The position numbers and the translations under genes are program-made. From a virus: a DNA stretch of 64,000 bases. Positions within the stretch are counted from its first letter, which is position 1; every line of letters begins with the position of its first letter. The stretch lies in IMG/VR virus record IMGVR_UViG_3300032245_000936, positions 1-64,000 of that record; one strand, given 5' to 3'. The notes beneath the pieces were generated by a model that was not told where the DNA came from, ran no database searches, and saw only the letters and a list, made by a program, of their open reading frames with translations. Positions 55,047 through 64,000 of this stretch are shown in pieces.

Positions 55047-56222
55047 TTAAGTTCCTTCCATTTCTAATTGTTTTGCTTTTTCAGTAACAACTTGTAATTC
55101 GTTGTCAAGGTAGGATTGAACGGTTCTATCAATTTCACCAAATGCCTTAAAAAAGCCACACATGTTGTTTACCCAACGATCAGTCCAACGATCGAAGTAA
55201 TCTTCTTTTTTGCTATTGTCTAAACTGGACACTGGGCAAATCATACAAGTCGTAGCAACACAGCCTTTGCAAATATCTGAAACTGTACGAATTGGAATGC
55301 TGTATGTTTCACTCATCTTGGCTACGTCGTCAACAAAACTGTCTTGGTCAATACTACTGCCTCTCATGAGTTCTTTGTTTGGACTGTACAAAGATCCATG
55401 GCAAGCATAGCTTTGTCCATCAACGTCAATGGCGTGCATGTTGGCACCAGACGCACAGTGTACTTTTGTGTCGCCGCCGTCAAACCATGACATCAAATGA
55501 TGATTGTGCTCACGATAGAATTTGATTTCTTCTCGCGCAACCATTAACATTTCTTTTCTAAAATCTTCAATCATCTTAGGCAAGTCGCCAGATGGAATCT
55601 CATTCACATAATCAATTGTAGGAGCATAGGTCACTGTGATATTTCTACCAATGCTGTTTAGACGTTGGTGTAAATCACGGAAGTCTAACCAAGTCTTGTA
55701 AAGACCAGTCATGCTCTTGAGAGGAATGGTGCTTTTCAATGAGATGTTAATACCTTTACGTGCAAAGTATTCAATGTTCTCTACCACTGTGGAGCTGGTT
55801 GGTTTACCAGTGTGAGTTAAACGGAATTTGTCATTGATGTCTTTTCCGTCGTAACTGATTTGAATCTGTAGTTTGCTAGTATCTACTGCATCAAAAATAT
55901 CTTCTAGGCGCTTGCGGTTATAACCATTGGTGTAGATATGAAATTCAATCTCAGGATACTCATTGAATTCATTCATTACATCAATAATCATTTTACCATT
56001 TAGTGTTGGCTCACCACCCCAGAAGCTGATGTTCAAGCTGTCATATTTGTTGCGGAACCAAGGTGACTTTCTTAGTTCGTGAATACGCTGTTTAACTAGA
56101 TCTAGTTTGTCGTCTAGACGTTGTTTGTTGGTCTTCACACCCTCAAAGCAATAGGTGCAACCCAAGTTGCACAAAGCAGTGGTGGTGATTTCGATAGTAA
56201 ATTGTCCTAAACGTTCATTCAT
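55047..56222 (-). CDS. Radical SAM/SPASM maturase
   Basis: CNLGCTYC, FWGGEP, ISYDG; CASG..ACH..CKGC..CMICP..C. Confidence 0.92.
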   Translation of the reverse strand: MNERLGQFTIEITTTALCNLGCTYCFEGVKTNKQRLDDKLDLVKQRIHELRKSPWFRNKYDSLNISFWGGEPTLNGKMIIDVMNEFNEYPEIEFHIYTNGYNRKRLEDIFDAVDTSKLQIQISYDGKDINDKFRLTHTGKPTSSTVVENIEYFARKGINISLKSTIPLKSMTGLYKTWLDFRDLHQRLNSIGRNITVTYAPTIDYVNEIPSGDLPKMIEDFRKEMLMVAREEIKFYREHNHHLMSWFDGGDTKVHCASGANMHAIDVDGQSYACHGSLYSPNKELMRGSSIDQDSFVDDVAKMSETYSIPIRTVSDICKGCVATTCMICPVSSLDNSKKEDYFDRWTDRWVNNMCGFFKAFGEIDRTVQSYLDNELQVVTEKAKQLEMEGT

Positions 56223-56452
56223 TGTGTGTCTTTCCCCATGGTCATAATTTCATCTAAAATGCTCATCATACGATCATCTGAAACTTTTTCTTCTTCAGGT
56301 TGAATAATCAACGCCATTTCAGCTGCCATGTGTAAAAGTTTATCGGATTCGTCCTGAAATTCTTGCACATTTGACAAGTGTTTGGATGCTTCCAGTAGAT
56401 GATTGCTGGCATAAAACAGCGCCTTGTTCATCTTTTTAATGCTAGTTGACAT
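56219..56452 (-). CDS. Small helical protein between two SPASM enzymes
   Basis: GAGG RBS; overlaps both neighbours. Confidence 0.65.
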   Translation of the reverse strand: MSTSIKKMNKALFYASNHLLEASKHLSNVQEFQDESDKLLHMAAEMALIIQPEEEKVSDDRMMSILDEIMTMGKDTQ

Positions 56453-57449
56453 TCTCAATTTCCTCTTTAAGTTGTTGTATAAAGTACGGATTGCTACCTA
56501 GCTCTTGTGACATCCTACTTACTTGCCTGTAAGTGTATTTATATATGCTACAGAGCTCCACGATAGGACCTTTGTTTTTGATTTGCTCAAATAAACAGCC
56601 TTTTTCGCAGTAGTTTTTTACTTCGCAGGATTGACACTCGGGCATTTGTGCATATTTGGGTATTTCTGCAATCAGCTCGGGTGCTTTGGTAAAACGTGTG
56701 CAGGGCACAATCTTGTTGTCGCTGAACATGAATATGTCTGTTCCTGCGCCGCAGTTGTGTTTTTCTAATCCTTTAACTTTGTAATTTAAAAAATGGCGAA
56801 GATAAAATGTGATGAAAAACGGCATCTGCTCATGCGGATTTGCGATGTACCAATCAAACAGTTCTTCGATACCTGCTTTGAGTTTTTCCACACTAGCAGA
56901 ATCCCATACATCAACGTCACGTACCAGCGTAAGCTCTGGATTCACTCCAAAGTGCTTTTTTATAAACAAATGATTTTCCAATAGGTTATAGCAACCCTTG
57001 TAAATCATTGTGTGCATACGTAGGTTGGGTATCTGTTTGAATAGATCTGCTTTTTCTAAAAATCTATGTGAGGTTTTGCGACCGTTTAACTGTAGCCTAT
57101 ATTTGTCTTGCCACAGTCCGTCAAAACTCACAGATGTTTCAATTTGTTCTTTAACTAGGTACTCCAGTATTTCATCTGTTAACAACAACCCATTCGTGGG
57201 CATGAATAATTTTACATTGCCATCTTCACGTACACCATCTACTATACGCTGAATCAAATCAAATTGCAACAGGGGCTCACCCCCAAAAAAATCAATCTTG
57301 ATACGTTCAGTCGGGTGTTGTTCCCGCATCTTTCGAAACTCATCAAGATACATGTCTACATCAATGGCTTTTTTGCTCCATTTATCCACGTCACAGTAGG
57401 TGCAATTTAGATTGCACTTTTCTGAAAGGACCACAAGCAAGGTTTTCAT
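56442..57449 (-). CDS. Radical SAM/SPASM maturase
   Basis: CNLNCTYC, FFGGEPLL, VSFDG; CGAG..PC..CQSC..CEKGC..C. Confidence 0.92.
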   Translation of the reverse strand: MKTLLVVLSEKCNLNCTYCDVDKWSKKAIDVDMYLDEFRKMREQHPTERIKIDFFGGEPLLQFDLIQRIVDGVREDGNVKLFMPTNGLLLTDEILEYLVKEQIETSVSFDGLWQDKYRLQLNGRKTSHRFLEKADLFKQIPNLRMHTMIYKGCYNLLENHLFIKKHFGVNPELTLVRDVDVWDSASVEKLKAGIEELFDWYIANPHEQMPFFITFYLRHFLNYKVKGLEKHNCGAGTDIFMFSDNKIVPCTRFTKAPELIAEIPKYAQMPECQSCEVKNYCEKGCLFEQIKNKGPIVELCSIYKYTYRQVSRMSQELGSNPYFIQQLKEEIENVN

Positions 57450-58183
57450 TTTCTATAGATCTCGTTTAATTTTAATACAGTATTTAAGAGCTCTATGTCA
57501 AACATATCTGCTAGTGCTTTTGTATCTTTAGGCAAGCACGGGCCACCAAAGCCTCGCTGGCCATCTGGGCCCGGAACTTGAAAATGATGTGTGCCCATCC
57601 ATGGCTGCATTTTTAACACATCAACGATACTGTTGTAGTCAGCGCCCAGCTCATTGGCAACATCATATATGGCATTCATGTATGTTACTTTGAGTGCATA
57701 AAAACTGTTCATTGTGTATTTGGCCAATGCCGCAGTTTTTATGTCTGTGAATTTTACTGTGCTCATGTTCACATCAGAGTATTTGCGATACAGATCTGCC
57801 ACACGCTGAGTTTTGTCTGTGTCACCACCTAGTAGTACAAAAGGCGGGTTAATAAAATCATCTGCGGCTGTTGCACGGCTTAAAAACTCGGGGTTGTAAA
57901 CAATGTCGTATTGTTCTAGCACATGTGGAAGTGCTGTGCTTTTTACAACAACAATTCCTTGGTAATTGGTACTTTTAATACGTTCCAATGTTTCACGTAG
58001 TATTTGATAGTTGCTATGATCAGTAGGAGTAGGCACACATACAAAAACAGCGTCAGGATTTTCCCCACACATATATTCTATGCTGAGATCGTTGTATGCA
58101 GGGTCAGAGAGCATCACTGCGGTTTTACTAAACCCAGTTGCCACCGCCTTGCCAACCATTCCGTAACCAATTATTCCGATCAT
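57446..58183 (-). CDS. ugd: UDP-glucose/GDP-mannose 6-dehydrogenase family, C-terminally truncated
   Basis: GYGMVG, CVPTP, KST, NPEFL, GFGGPCLPKD. Confidence 0.88.
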   Translation of the reverse strand: MIGIIGYGMVGKAVATGFSKTAVMLSDPAYNDLSIEYMCGENPDAVFVCVPTPTDHSNYQILRETLERIKSTNYQGIVVVKSTALPHVLEQYDIVYNPEFLSRATAADDFINPPFVLLGGDTDKTQRVADLYRKYSDVNMSTVKFTDIKTAALAKYTMNSFYALKVTYMNAIYDVANELGADYNSIVDVLKMQPWMGTHHFQVPGPDGQRGFGGPCLPKDTKALADMFDIELLNTVLKLNEIYRK

Positions 58184-58199
58184 GAGTTCTTTCGTAGAA

Positions 58200-58238
58200 A
58201 CAGGTGTTATTGTAGCAAAACAACAACACCTGTGTCAA
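58200..58238 (-). promoter_or_regulatory. Promoter of the radical SAM operon, with 18-bp box copy 3 and an inverted repeat
   Basis: TTGACA(58238-33)-18bp-TACAAT(58214-09); TGTAG-CAAAACAA-CAACA at 58211-28; ACAGGTGTT/AACACCTGT at 58200-08 and 58225-33. Confidence 0.7.
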
Positions 58239-58251
58239 GTACTATTTTAGA

Positions 58252-60315
58252 TTATCGAATTGTAACAGCGGCTTCAACTAGTTCTTCGCCTGATGTTACT
58301 TTTTCTTGCAGAGTACGTCCAATTACATTAAATGCTGTGGCTTCACCGGGTTTGGCAGCACGGGCCACTCCATTTCCTGCACTTACCAAACGGCCATTGC
58401 GTTCTACTGGGCCAACCACACGCACAGGAACTCGTCCTGCTAGTGCAACTGGAAGACCATCTGAACCTGCATTCAGCACATGTCCTGGATTGGTAGAAAT
58501 TACGCCAAACACATTTTCACTTGCATCGTCGTTCTCTTGAGTAATTTCAGCTGAGCCGCCAATTCTTACTAGTGTACCTGGTGCGTAGTCTATGTCACTT
58601 GCATAACGTTCTGCCAAGTCAGCGTATCTTGCTTGAATTGACACACCGTAGATGTTGTTCCACCATGCGCCTGAGCTACCTAGGTTAACTGCGGCATTAC
58701 CAGCTGGCAATGGAGCAGAAACAAATGTTGCTGTACCGCCAACTGTCAATGTGGTTAACTGTGCTCCACTGGCATAAATTACACCAAAACGACTTGTGGA
58801 TTGACCAATGTCGCCTGACAGGTTAGCACCAAAGTGTGGAAGGCTAGTAACAGTCACCGCACCAGAGTAGATGTTGGCAAAAGTACGCAATGGAGTTCCA
58901 AGTTCGTACTGGTTATCTGTAGATGGCTTGAGCGTACCTGTTAGGTCCAATGAGCCATCTCTGTTTAACTTGTTTGCAGTATGGTTACTGACTTCACCTT
59001 GTAGAGCATATACGTTAGAGAACATACTGCCAGCTGGACCTGGTACTGCACCAGCACCTGGTTGTCCAAGGTTACTTAGTACGTTGGCATGAATTGCAGA
59101 AACGTTTGCCCATAAAGTCAAAAGGTTTCCTGCAAATGTATCGTTGGTTGTGAAACGTGCGTATGCGTTTGCGGTATATCCGCCTTGAGCAATCGCTAAC
59201 AACGTTGGGTTATTAAAGCCCAACTGTGATTGTAACAAACGAACGTTACCATACATGGCTGTGTATGAACCAGTTGTGGTCAATACGTTAGCAACAATAG
59301 TACCAATACTGGTATTCAATGTGTTAACGTTTGATGCCAAGTAGGTTTGTAATGTGCTTGCTAGGTTGTCAACATAGTTCTTGGTTGCAACACCTAGACC
59401 AGTTTGTGGGTCGGCCAACACTGTGATCAAACCAGATGATTTGTCAACTGTTAATACGTTAACTGTGGCACCAGCCGCGTTGTCAGGTTTGGATTGAATT
59501 ACTAAACCGTTACCACGTACACGACTGAATAGGTTAACGTTTTGACCAGCGACTGTGATTGTGAAGTCTGTCACTGTACCGCCAAGTTCTTGAATGGCCA
59601 AACCGTCTGGTGTTTGAATAACCAATTGGTTATTCAAAACTGCATTGGTCTTGGTTAAGAACTGGTTAGCTGGGACTCCGCCTAGATAAGCAGAGTTGTT
59701 GGCATTTTCATAATACAACAACGATGGAACGTTGTCAGAATTTAGGTTAAAGCCCGGCTTAACAGTTGCAAAGCCTGGCAATGTTGTTTGTGGTGTAAAT
59801 GCAGAGTCTTTTGACAAGATAGCAACCAAACGGTTCTGCACATAGAACTTGACAACCACGTGCGGAAATAGTGTGGTATCAATGATTGTGTCAGCAACCG
59901 CACCAGATGTACCAGTGGTTGTGGTAAAGCTAGGGCCAATAATAACCCAGGCTGCACCAGAGTATACTTTTAACTGCTGATTAACTGAGTCAAACCACAA
60001 GTCACCAGCAACTGCATTGGTTGGTTGATCTGCTAGACTCTGGGCACCAGAAATTGACTTCCACGTACCATATGTGTCGTAGACTTGTAACACTCGTGTG
60101 TCTGATTTCCACCATAATTGTCCTACTAGCGGATATAATGGTGCGCTTCTGTTAGAGAAGTTTTCTAGCAGTTTTACAAAATTCTCGTTCAGGAACGTGC
60201 CATAACCAGCATAGTTCTTTCCGATCAGTGTTAGACTGGTAGTGATGTTATTGGTCTGACCGTCTGCGACCACTGTCAACGGCGTTCCGTCTGATTTTAC
60301 TATGTTATAGCTCAT
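58252..60315 (-). CDS. Tail fibre/baseplate-associated virion protein with Peptidase_G2-like chaperone C-terminus
   Basis: N-terminal LIGKNYAGYG...ENF..GQLW module; ATKNYVD; C-terminal YADLAERY...GVIST...VALAGRVPV. Confidence 0.8.
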   Translation of the reverse strand: MSYNIVKSDGTPLTVVADGQTNNITTSLTLIGKNYAGYGTFLNENFVKLLENFSNRSAPLYPLVGQLWWKSDTRVLQVYDTYGTWKSISGAQSLADQPTNAVAGDLWFDSVNQQLKVYSGAAWVIIGPSFTTTTGTSGAVADTIIDTTLFPHVVVKFYVQNRLVAILSKDSAFTPQTTLPGFATVKPGFNLNSDNVPSLLYYENANNSAYLGGVPANQFLTKTNAVLNNQLVIQTPDGLAIQELGGTVTDFTITVAGQNVNLFSRVRGNGLVIQSKPDNAAGATVNVLTVDKSSGLITVLADPQTGLGVATKNYVDNLASTLQTYLASNVNTLNTSIGTIVANVLTTTGSYTAMYGNVRLLQSQLGFNNPTLLAIAQGGYTANAYARFTTNDTFAGNLLTLWANVSAIHANVLSNLGQPGAGAVPGPAGSMFSNVYALQGEVSNHTANKLNRDGSLDLTGTLKPSTDNQYELGTPLRTFANIYSGAVTVTSLPHFGANLSGDIGQSTSRFGVIYASGAQLTTLTVGGTATFVSAPLPAGNAAVNLGSSGAWWNNIYGVSIQARYADLAERYASDIDYAPGTLVRIGGSAEITQENDDASENVFGVISTNPGHVLNAGSDGLPVALAGRVPVRVVGPVERNGRLVSAGNGVARAAKPGEATAFNVIGRTLQEKVTSGEELVEAAVTIR

Positions 60316-60354
60316 GTGCCTTAAACTCCAAGTTAAAGTTATTTATTTTCATAA

Positions 60355-63126
60355 TTACGGTAGGTATTGGAACCATATATCGTTGTCTGCTCCGTCGCCA
60401 GATCCAGGTGCGGCTGTAGAAATGTATTTTCTGCTACCACTCCAATATGGCACGCTTGCATAGGTTGTTGCCCAGGTTTGTACCCATCCAGTACTAGCTG
60501 CCTTAGCAGTGTTATCAGTAGCAGGCGCGGTATTACCCAGTGTCACTATCCCTGTAAATGTTGGATTGTTAATTGGTGATTTTGTGTTAGCAACAGTCAT
60601 AACAAATGCTGTGCTGGCAATCTGCAGGTTTGCTGTGCCTGCAGGCGCTGTTGGGACTGCAGGAACTCCACTAAATGCTGGACTTGCAATTGGTGCGGCG
60701 CCAGTGATATCTCCAACAACCAGAGCTACATTGCCTATTTTGCCTGCTACACTCAGTACAGGTGATGATGTTTTAACAAACTGTGTTGTGGCAATCATTG
60801 AGTTAGATGTTGTACTTGGTGCTGTGGGTGCCTCTGGTACACCAGTTAAAGTTGGACTTGCCAAGTTAGCCTTGATGCTCATCAAATTGTCGGTAACCGA
60901 CAGCATCAATACATTTGCCGCTGTTACTTTATTGTGAACATACTGGGTCGTGGCAATCATTGTACTAACATTACTGTCAGTTGGTGTCACTGATTGCGGA
61001 ACGCCAGTTAGTACAGGGCTTGCAAGCGGAGCTTTTAGTGCTAACTGTTGATCTGTATAGTCTCTGAGAGTTGTTACTAGGTTACCAACAAACCAAGTAT
61101 GTGCAATTTGCAGAGTGCGTGTTGCGTCACCGCTGGCTGGACTTGGTACTGTTGGAATACCAGTGAACTCTGGGCTGGCAATGTTGGCTCTTAATAAGAT
61201 CTGAGCATCTTGTGTTAGTGCATTGGCAGTGAATTTGTTGTCTAGATCATCTAGTCCGGTTGTAACAAACTCTGTTGTTGCCAATAGTGTTGAGCTGTCG
61301 CCTTGATTTGCAGTTGGTGCTCTTGGGAATCCAGTAAATGTTGGATCAGCAATGTACGCTTTGAGATCAACATCTACTCGCAGAGCATCGGCAGTGGCAA
61401 TAATTGTATTGGCCAATGCACTTATGTTGCTAAAACTTCGTCTGTTAACAGGTGCGCTTGGACCAATCAGTGTGTTTACATTGTTTTCAAGATTAAGTGT
61501 TACCGCTGCGTTTGCTTGGTCAACATAATTTTTAGTAGCAACGCCCAATGATGATGTTGGATCCATACGAACTTCAACATTACCGTAGCCGCCATTGATG
61601 TATAAACTGCGTACACGATTTCCAGCAAGTGTAAAAGTCTCGCCTAGTCCAATGTTAGCAGGACTGCTTAAAAGAATTTGACTATTGCCGCTGAATATAT
61701 CTGCTACAACAATTCTATCTTGTGCGCTGACATTTCCGCTAACAATAATATCGCCAACGAATACATTACCTGTACTCTGCACTGAGATCAAATTTGATAA
61801 CACTGCCCCAATAGAAGCTGTGGCACTACGAGGTGTTGTTGTGGCAACACTGGTATAGACGCTGATATCGTGCCCGAAGCCATTGCTATCAATTTGAATA
61901 TCGCCACCAGCTGGCGGTGCTTTGATGCTAAAGTTGTTGTCTGCACCAACATACAAGTTGCCAGTGGCCAGACTTACATCTCCTAAGAATGTTTCATCTC
62001 TGTCTCGACGTGCATAGTTGTCAGGAGTAACATTGTTTAATTTTAGTGCATTTGACACTGTGCCATTGAACATGTAATCTTTGTCGACGCCACCTTGTAA
62101 TTCTACCAGCTCGCCTGTTGCAACTGCTGTAGTTGTGTTAATAGTTACAGTTGAATTTGCTGAATCAATTGACCCAACTGTGATTCCTGATGAAAACGCT
62201 ACATTGCCACTGATAAAATAATCGCCAATTCTTATATTTTCAGTGCTGGATAGTTGTATTGTGGTCTCACCTGATGAACCTTGTGCTGTTGCTGTAACTG
62301 TTTTGACCACTCTGCCTGCGGTAGTACTGTGTAATGTTATACCTGGGCCAATGATTCTGAATCCTTCGATTGCAGAAGCAACTGCTAGAGTAAATTCTGC
62401 GTCCTTGCTGGTAACGCCAAGTACCTTGCCGTTGGTATAAATTAAACCAATGGTATGAACAATTCCGTTTGTGTCTGTTACTGTGCGTGGAGATATGCTG
62501 GTATTGCGTTGTGATCGTGTCCAACTTGGTCCAACTATGTACCACCCGGATCCATTGACAAATGTAACTGTCTCACCGTATCCAATGGTATAAGGATTAG
62601 TAATGCGAACGGTTGTTCCACTGGTAATTTGCTCAACTACTGCAAAGTCAACAGGTCCAATATTAGCGTGTTGTACTATGTCACCTACTTGAATACCGGT
62701 TGTGGTGTTTACTGTTACCACATTGCCAGTGCTAGGCAATGTTGAAGTCAATACGTTTGTGGTTTGACCAGACCAAACTTTCATTTGATACTCAGTAGTG
62801 TCCCACCATAGGTCGCCTATACGAGCACCTGCTGTTGCTGGTGTGCTACCGGAACTGATTAAAAATGCCAGTGGTTTCCAGTTTGTGCCTTCCCATGCGC
62901 TTAGTAACTTGGTTGTGGTGTTCATCCACAGTTGGCCAACCAATGGTAAAATTGGTGCCGCGCTGTTGGCAAAATTTTCCATCAAGTGGACAAAGTTGTC
63001 GTTGATGAATACGCCGTAACCAGAATAATTTCTACCAACTAGCGTAATACCGTAATCAGTATTAAGCTGGGTATCTGGTACTGGAACCAGTGTGTCACCG
63101 TTTGTTTTAATTATTGTATATGACAT
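60355..63126 (-). CDS. Tail fibre protein
   Basis: Same N-terminal module (LVGRNYSGYG...ENF..GQLW); six APLASPxxTGxP...IATTxFV fibre repeats. Confidence 0.85.
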   Translation of the reverse strand: MSYTIIKTNGDTLVPVPDTQLNTDYGITLVGRNYSGYGVFINDNFVHLMENFANSAAPILPLVGQLWMNTTTKLLSAWEGTNWKPLAFLISSGSTPATAGARIGDLWWDTTEYQMKVWSGQTTNVLTSTLPSTGNVVTVNTTTGIQVGDIVQHANIGPVDFAVVEQITSGTTVRITNPYTIGYGETVTFVNGSGWYIVGPSWTRSQRNTSISPRTVTDTNGIVHTIGLIYTNGKVLGVTSKDAEFTLAVASAIEGFRIIGPGITLHSTTAGRVVKTVTATAQGSSGETTIQLSSTENIRIGDYFISGNVAFSSGITVGSIDSANSTVTINTTTAVATGELVELQGGVDKDYMFNGTVSNALKLNNVTPDNYARRDRDETFLGDVSLATGNLYVGADNNFSIKAPPAGGDIQIDSNGFGHDISVYTSVATTTPRSATASIGAVLSNLISVQSTGNVFVGDIIVSGNVSAQDRIVVADIFSGNSQILLSSPANIGLGETFTLAGNRVRSLYINGGYGNVEVRMDPTSSLGVATKNYVDQANAAVTLNLENNVNTLIGPSAPVNRRSFSNISALANTIIATADALRVDVDLKAYIADPTFTGFPRAPTANQGDSSTLLATTEFVTTGLDDLDNKFTANALTQDAQILLRANIASPEFTGIPTVPSPASGDATRTLQIAHTWFVGNLVTTLRDYTDQQLALKAPLASPVLTGVPQSVTPTDSNVSTMIATTQYVHNKVTAANVLMLSVTDNLMSIKANLASPTLTGVPEAPTAPSTTSNSMIATTQFVKTSSPVLSVAGKIGNVALVVGDITGAAPIASPAFSGVPAVPTAPAGTANLQIASTAFVMTVANTKSPINNPTFTGIVTLGNTAPATDNTAKAASTGWVQTWATTYASVPYWSGSRKYISTAAPGSGDGADNDIWFQYLP

Positions 63127-63132
63127 AATTTA

Positions 63133-63804
63133 TTATCCTATCGAGCTCAGGTTTGTCAAGGTTTGTATACGCACTGTGTAATCAACCTGTACCAGTCTGT
63201 TCAATGATTTTTGAACAGGGTGAAAGATCACGTGTGTTAGCAGTTTTCCGGCGCCAAGAACACCATCAGGTGATCTTGCCTTGATACCCAGTTCGTCGAA
63301 AGTAAATGCGTCATTTAATGTTGAGCTGTTGTCGAAAACACTTTGAGTAGCTGGCTCACCGTAGTCTAGCAGGCAGGTTATTTTGATATCAGTAAAAGCA
63401 TTTCCTGGTATGTGGCGTACCTCCATTTTATTATGGAAAGGATCAGGATTGTTTGCTGTGTCTGTATCGTCAATTACCTTGAAATATGTTGGGTTGTACA
63501 AATTAGCGTTTTGGCTGTTGGTATTAGGAATCAAATAAGTGATAACTCCAGTGGAATCCACTGCACTGCCCCCGTTGCCAAAGTGCATTTCGTACATGAA
63601 TAGCTGATCACGGTGGCTTAAACTGTAGGCCAATGCTTCACTCATGTTTTCGTAGTGAATTGCATTTGGCTTGTCTACGTACACTTCGCCAGATTCTGGA
63701 TCGTGAATTTTAATATGCCCGCGAACATACACTCCTCCCACGTCGTTTGGACGTTGTGACTGAGTTACGGGCTGTTCCTGTGGATTGTCTGTATTTTGAT
63801 TCAT
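63133..63804 (-). CDS. Virion structural (baseplate/tail-associated) protein
   Basis: TAAATA upstream; FDELG, LLTHVIFHPVQKSLNR; co-oriented with the fibre genes. Confidence 0.65.
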   Translation of the reverse strand: MNQNTDNPQEQPVTQSQRPNDVGGVYVRGHIKIHDPESGEVYVDKPNAIHYENMSEALAYSLSHRDQLFMYEMHFGNGGSAVDSTGVITYLIPNTNSQNANLYNPTYFKVIDDTDTANNPDPFHNKMEVRHIPGNAFTDIKITCLLDYGEPATQSVFDNSSTLNDAFTFDELGIKARSPDGVLGAGKLLTHVIFHPVQKSLNRLVQVDYTVRIQTLTNLSSIG

Positions 63805-63830
63805 ATCCTTATTTAGCATGTTGCATTATC

Positions 63831-63998
63831 CTAAGATGTAAGAGTACGTATACCCAGGCTGGTAATTAAGTTTCCTGCTGTGATATTGCCTGAAATTGTG
63901 GCGCTGGGTGTATCGCAAAAACTTCTGGTAAGCCCGGTTAGAGTACTATTTGACTCCCAGGCTTTTTCGTATAAAATAACTTCTTCTCTAACCCTAAC
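63831..63998 (-). CDS. 3' end of a (probably structural) gene truncated by the window edge
   Basis: Open frame VRVREEVILYEKAW...LTGLTRS...LTS* running off the window. Confidence 0.55.
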   Translation of the reverse strand, partial: VRVREEVILYEKAWESNSTLTGLTRSFCDTPSATISGNITAGNLITSLGIRTLTS

Positions 63999-64000
63999 AG

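Noticed and set aside
35000-58200. Biosynthetic island as contaminating bacterial chromosome
   Set aside because: It is contiguous with tail-fibre genes, carries the same TAAATA and TGTWG-N8-CWACA signals as the phage arm, contains an S74 phage domain, and its 3' end overlaps the last gene of the replication arm.
1-64000. tRNA, rRNA, integrase, transposase or CRISPR array
   Set aside because: None recognised by eye, and intergenic gaps are mostly too short. tRNAscan-SE and Infernal would be needed to be certain.

Overview
The window is a densely coding segment of a large tailed phage genome (T4-like or jumbo myovirus character; a proteobacterial host is inferred). It has two converging arms. 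The + strand arm (1-34.8 kb) covers replication, nucleotide metabolism and host takeover: family B DNA polymerase, a probable clamp, RNase H-type exonuclease, DHFR, ThyA, a MoxR AAA/vWA pair, TraR/DksA, cytochrome c and a BI-1 protein. It also carries a dispersed 7-deazaguanine DNA-modification pathway (DpdA-like transglycosylase, FolE, QueD, QueE, and a second T-fold DpdL-like protein; no QueC seen), interleaved with a GT-B glycosyltransferase, two sugar epimerases, a cytidylyltransferase and a purine PRTase. The mostly - strand arm (34.8-64 kb) starts with virion/tail-fibre genes and runs into a ~23 kb biosynthetic island. The island core is an 18-gene, tightly coupled operon with ten radical SAM enzymes (two paralog triplets, two SPASM-type, two others). 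These surround a small fibre-like protein carrying a periodic (CxCxxx)3-CxC array directly before a Peptidase_S74 self-cleaving chaperone domain. Sugar, amino, amidino, sulfo, desaturase and hydroxylase enzymes and an Fe-S carrier lie next to it. This is the best candidate for an undescribed system: RiPP-like or glyco post-translational modification of a virion protein. Regulatory signals include sigma70-type promoters, TAAATA late boxes, three copies of an 18-bp TGTWG-N8-CWACA box and RBS-associated hairpins. No tRNA, rRNA, CRISPR array or integrase was recognised. All calls are from motif reading by eye; no database searches were run.
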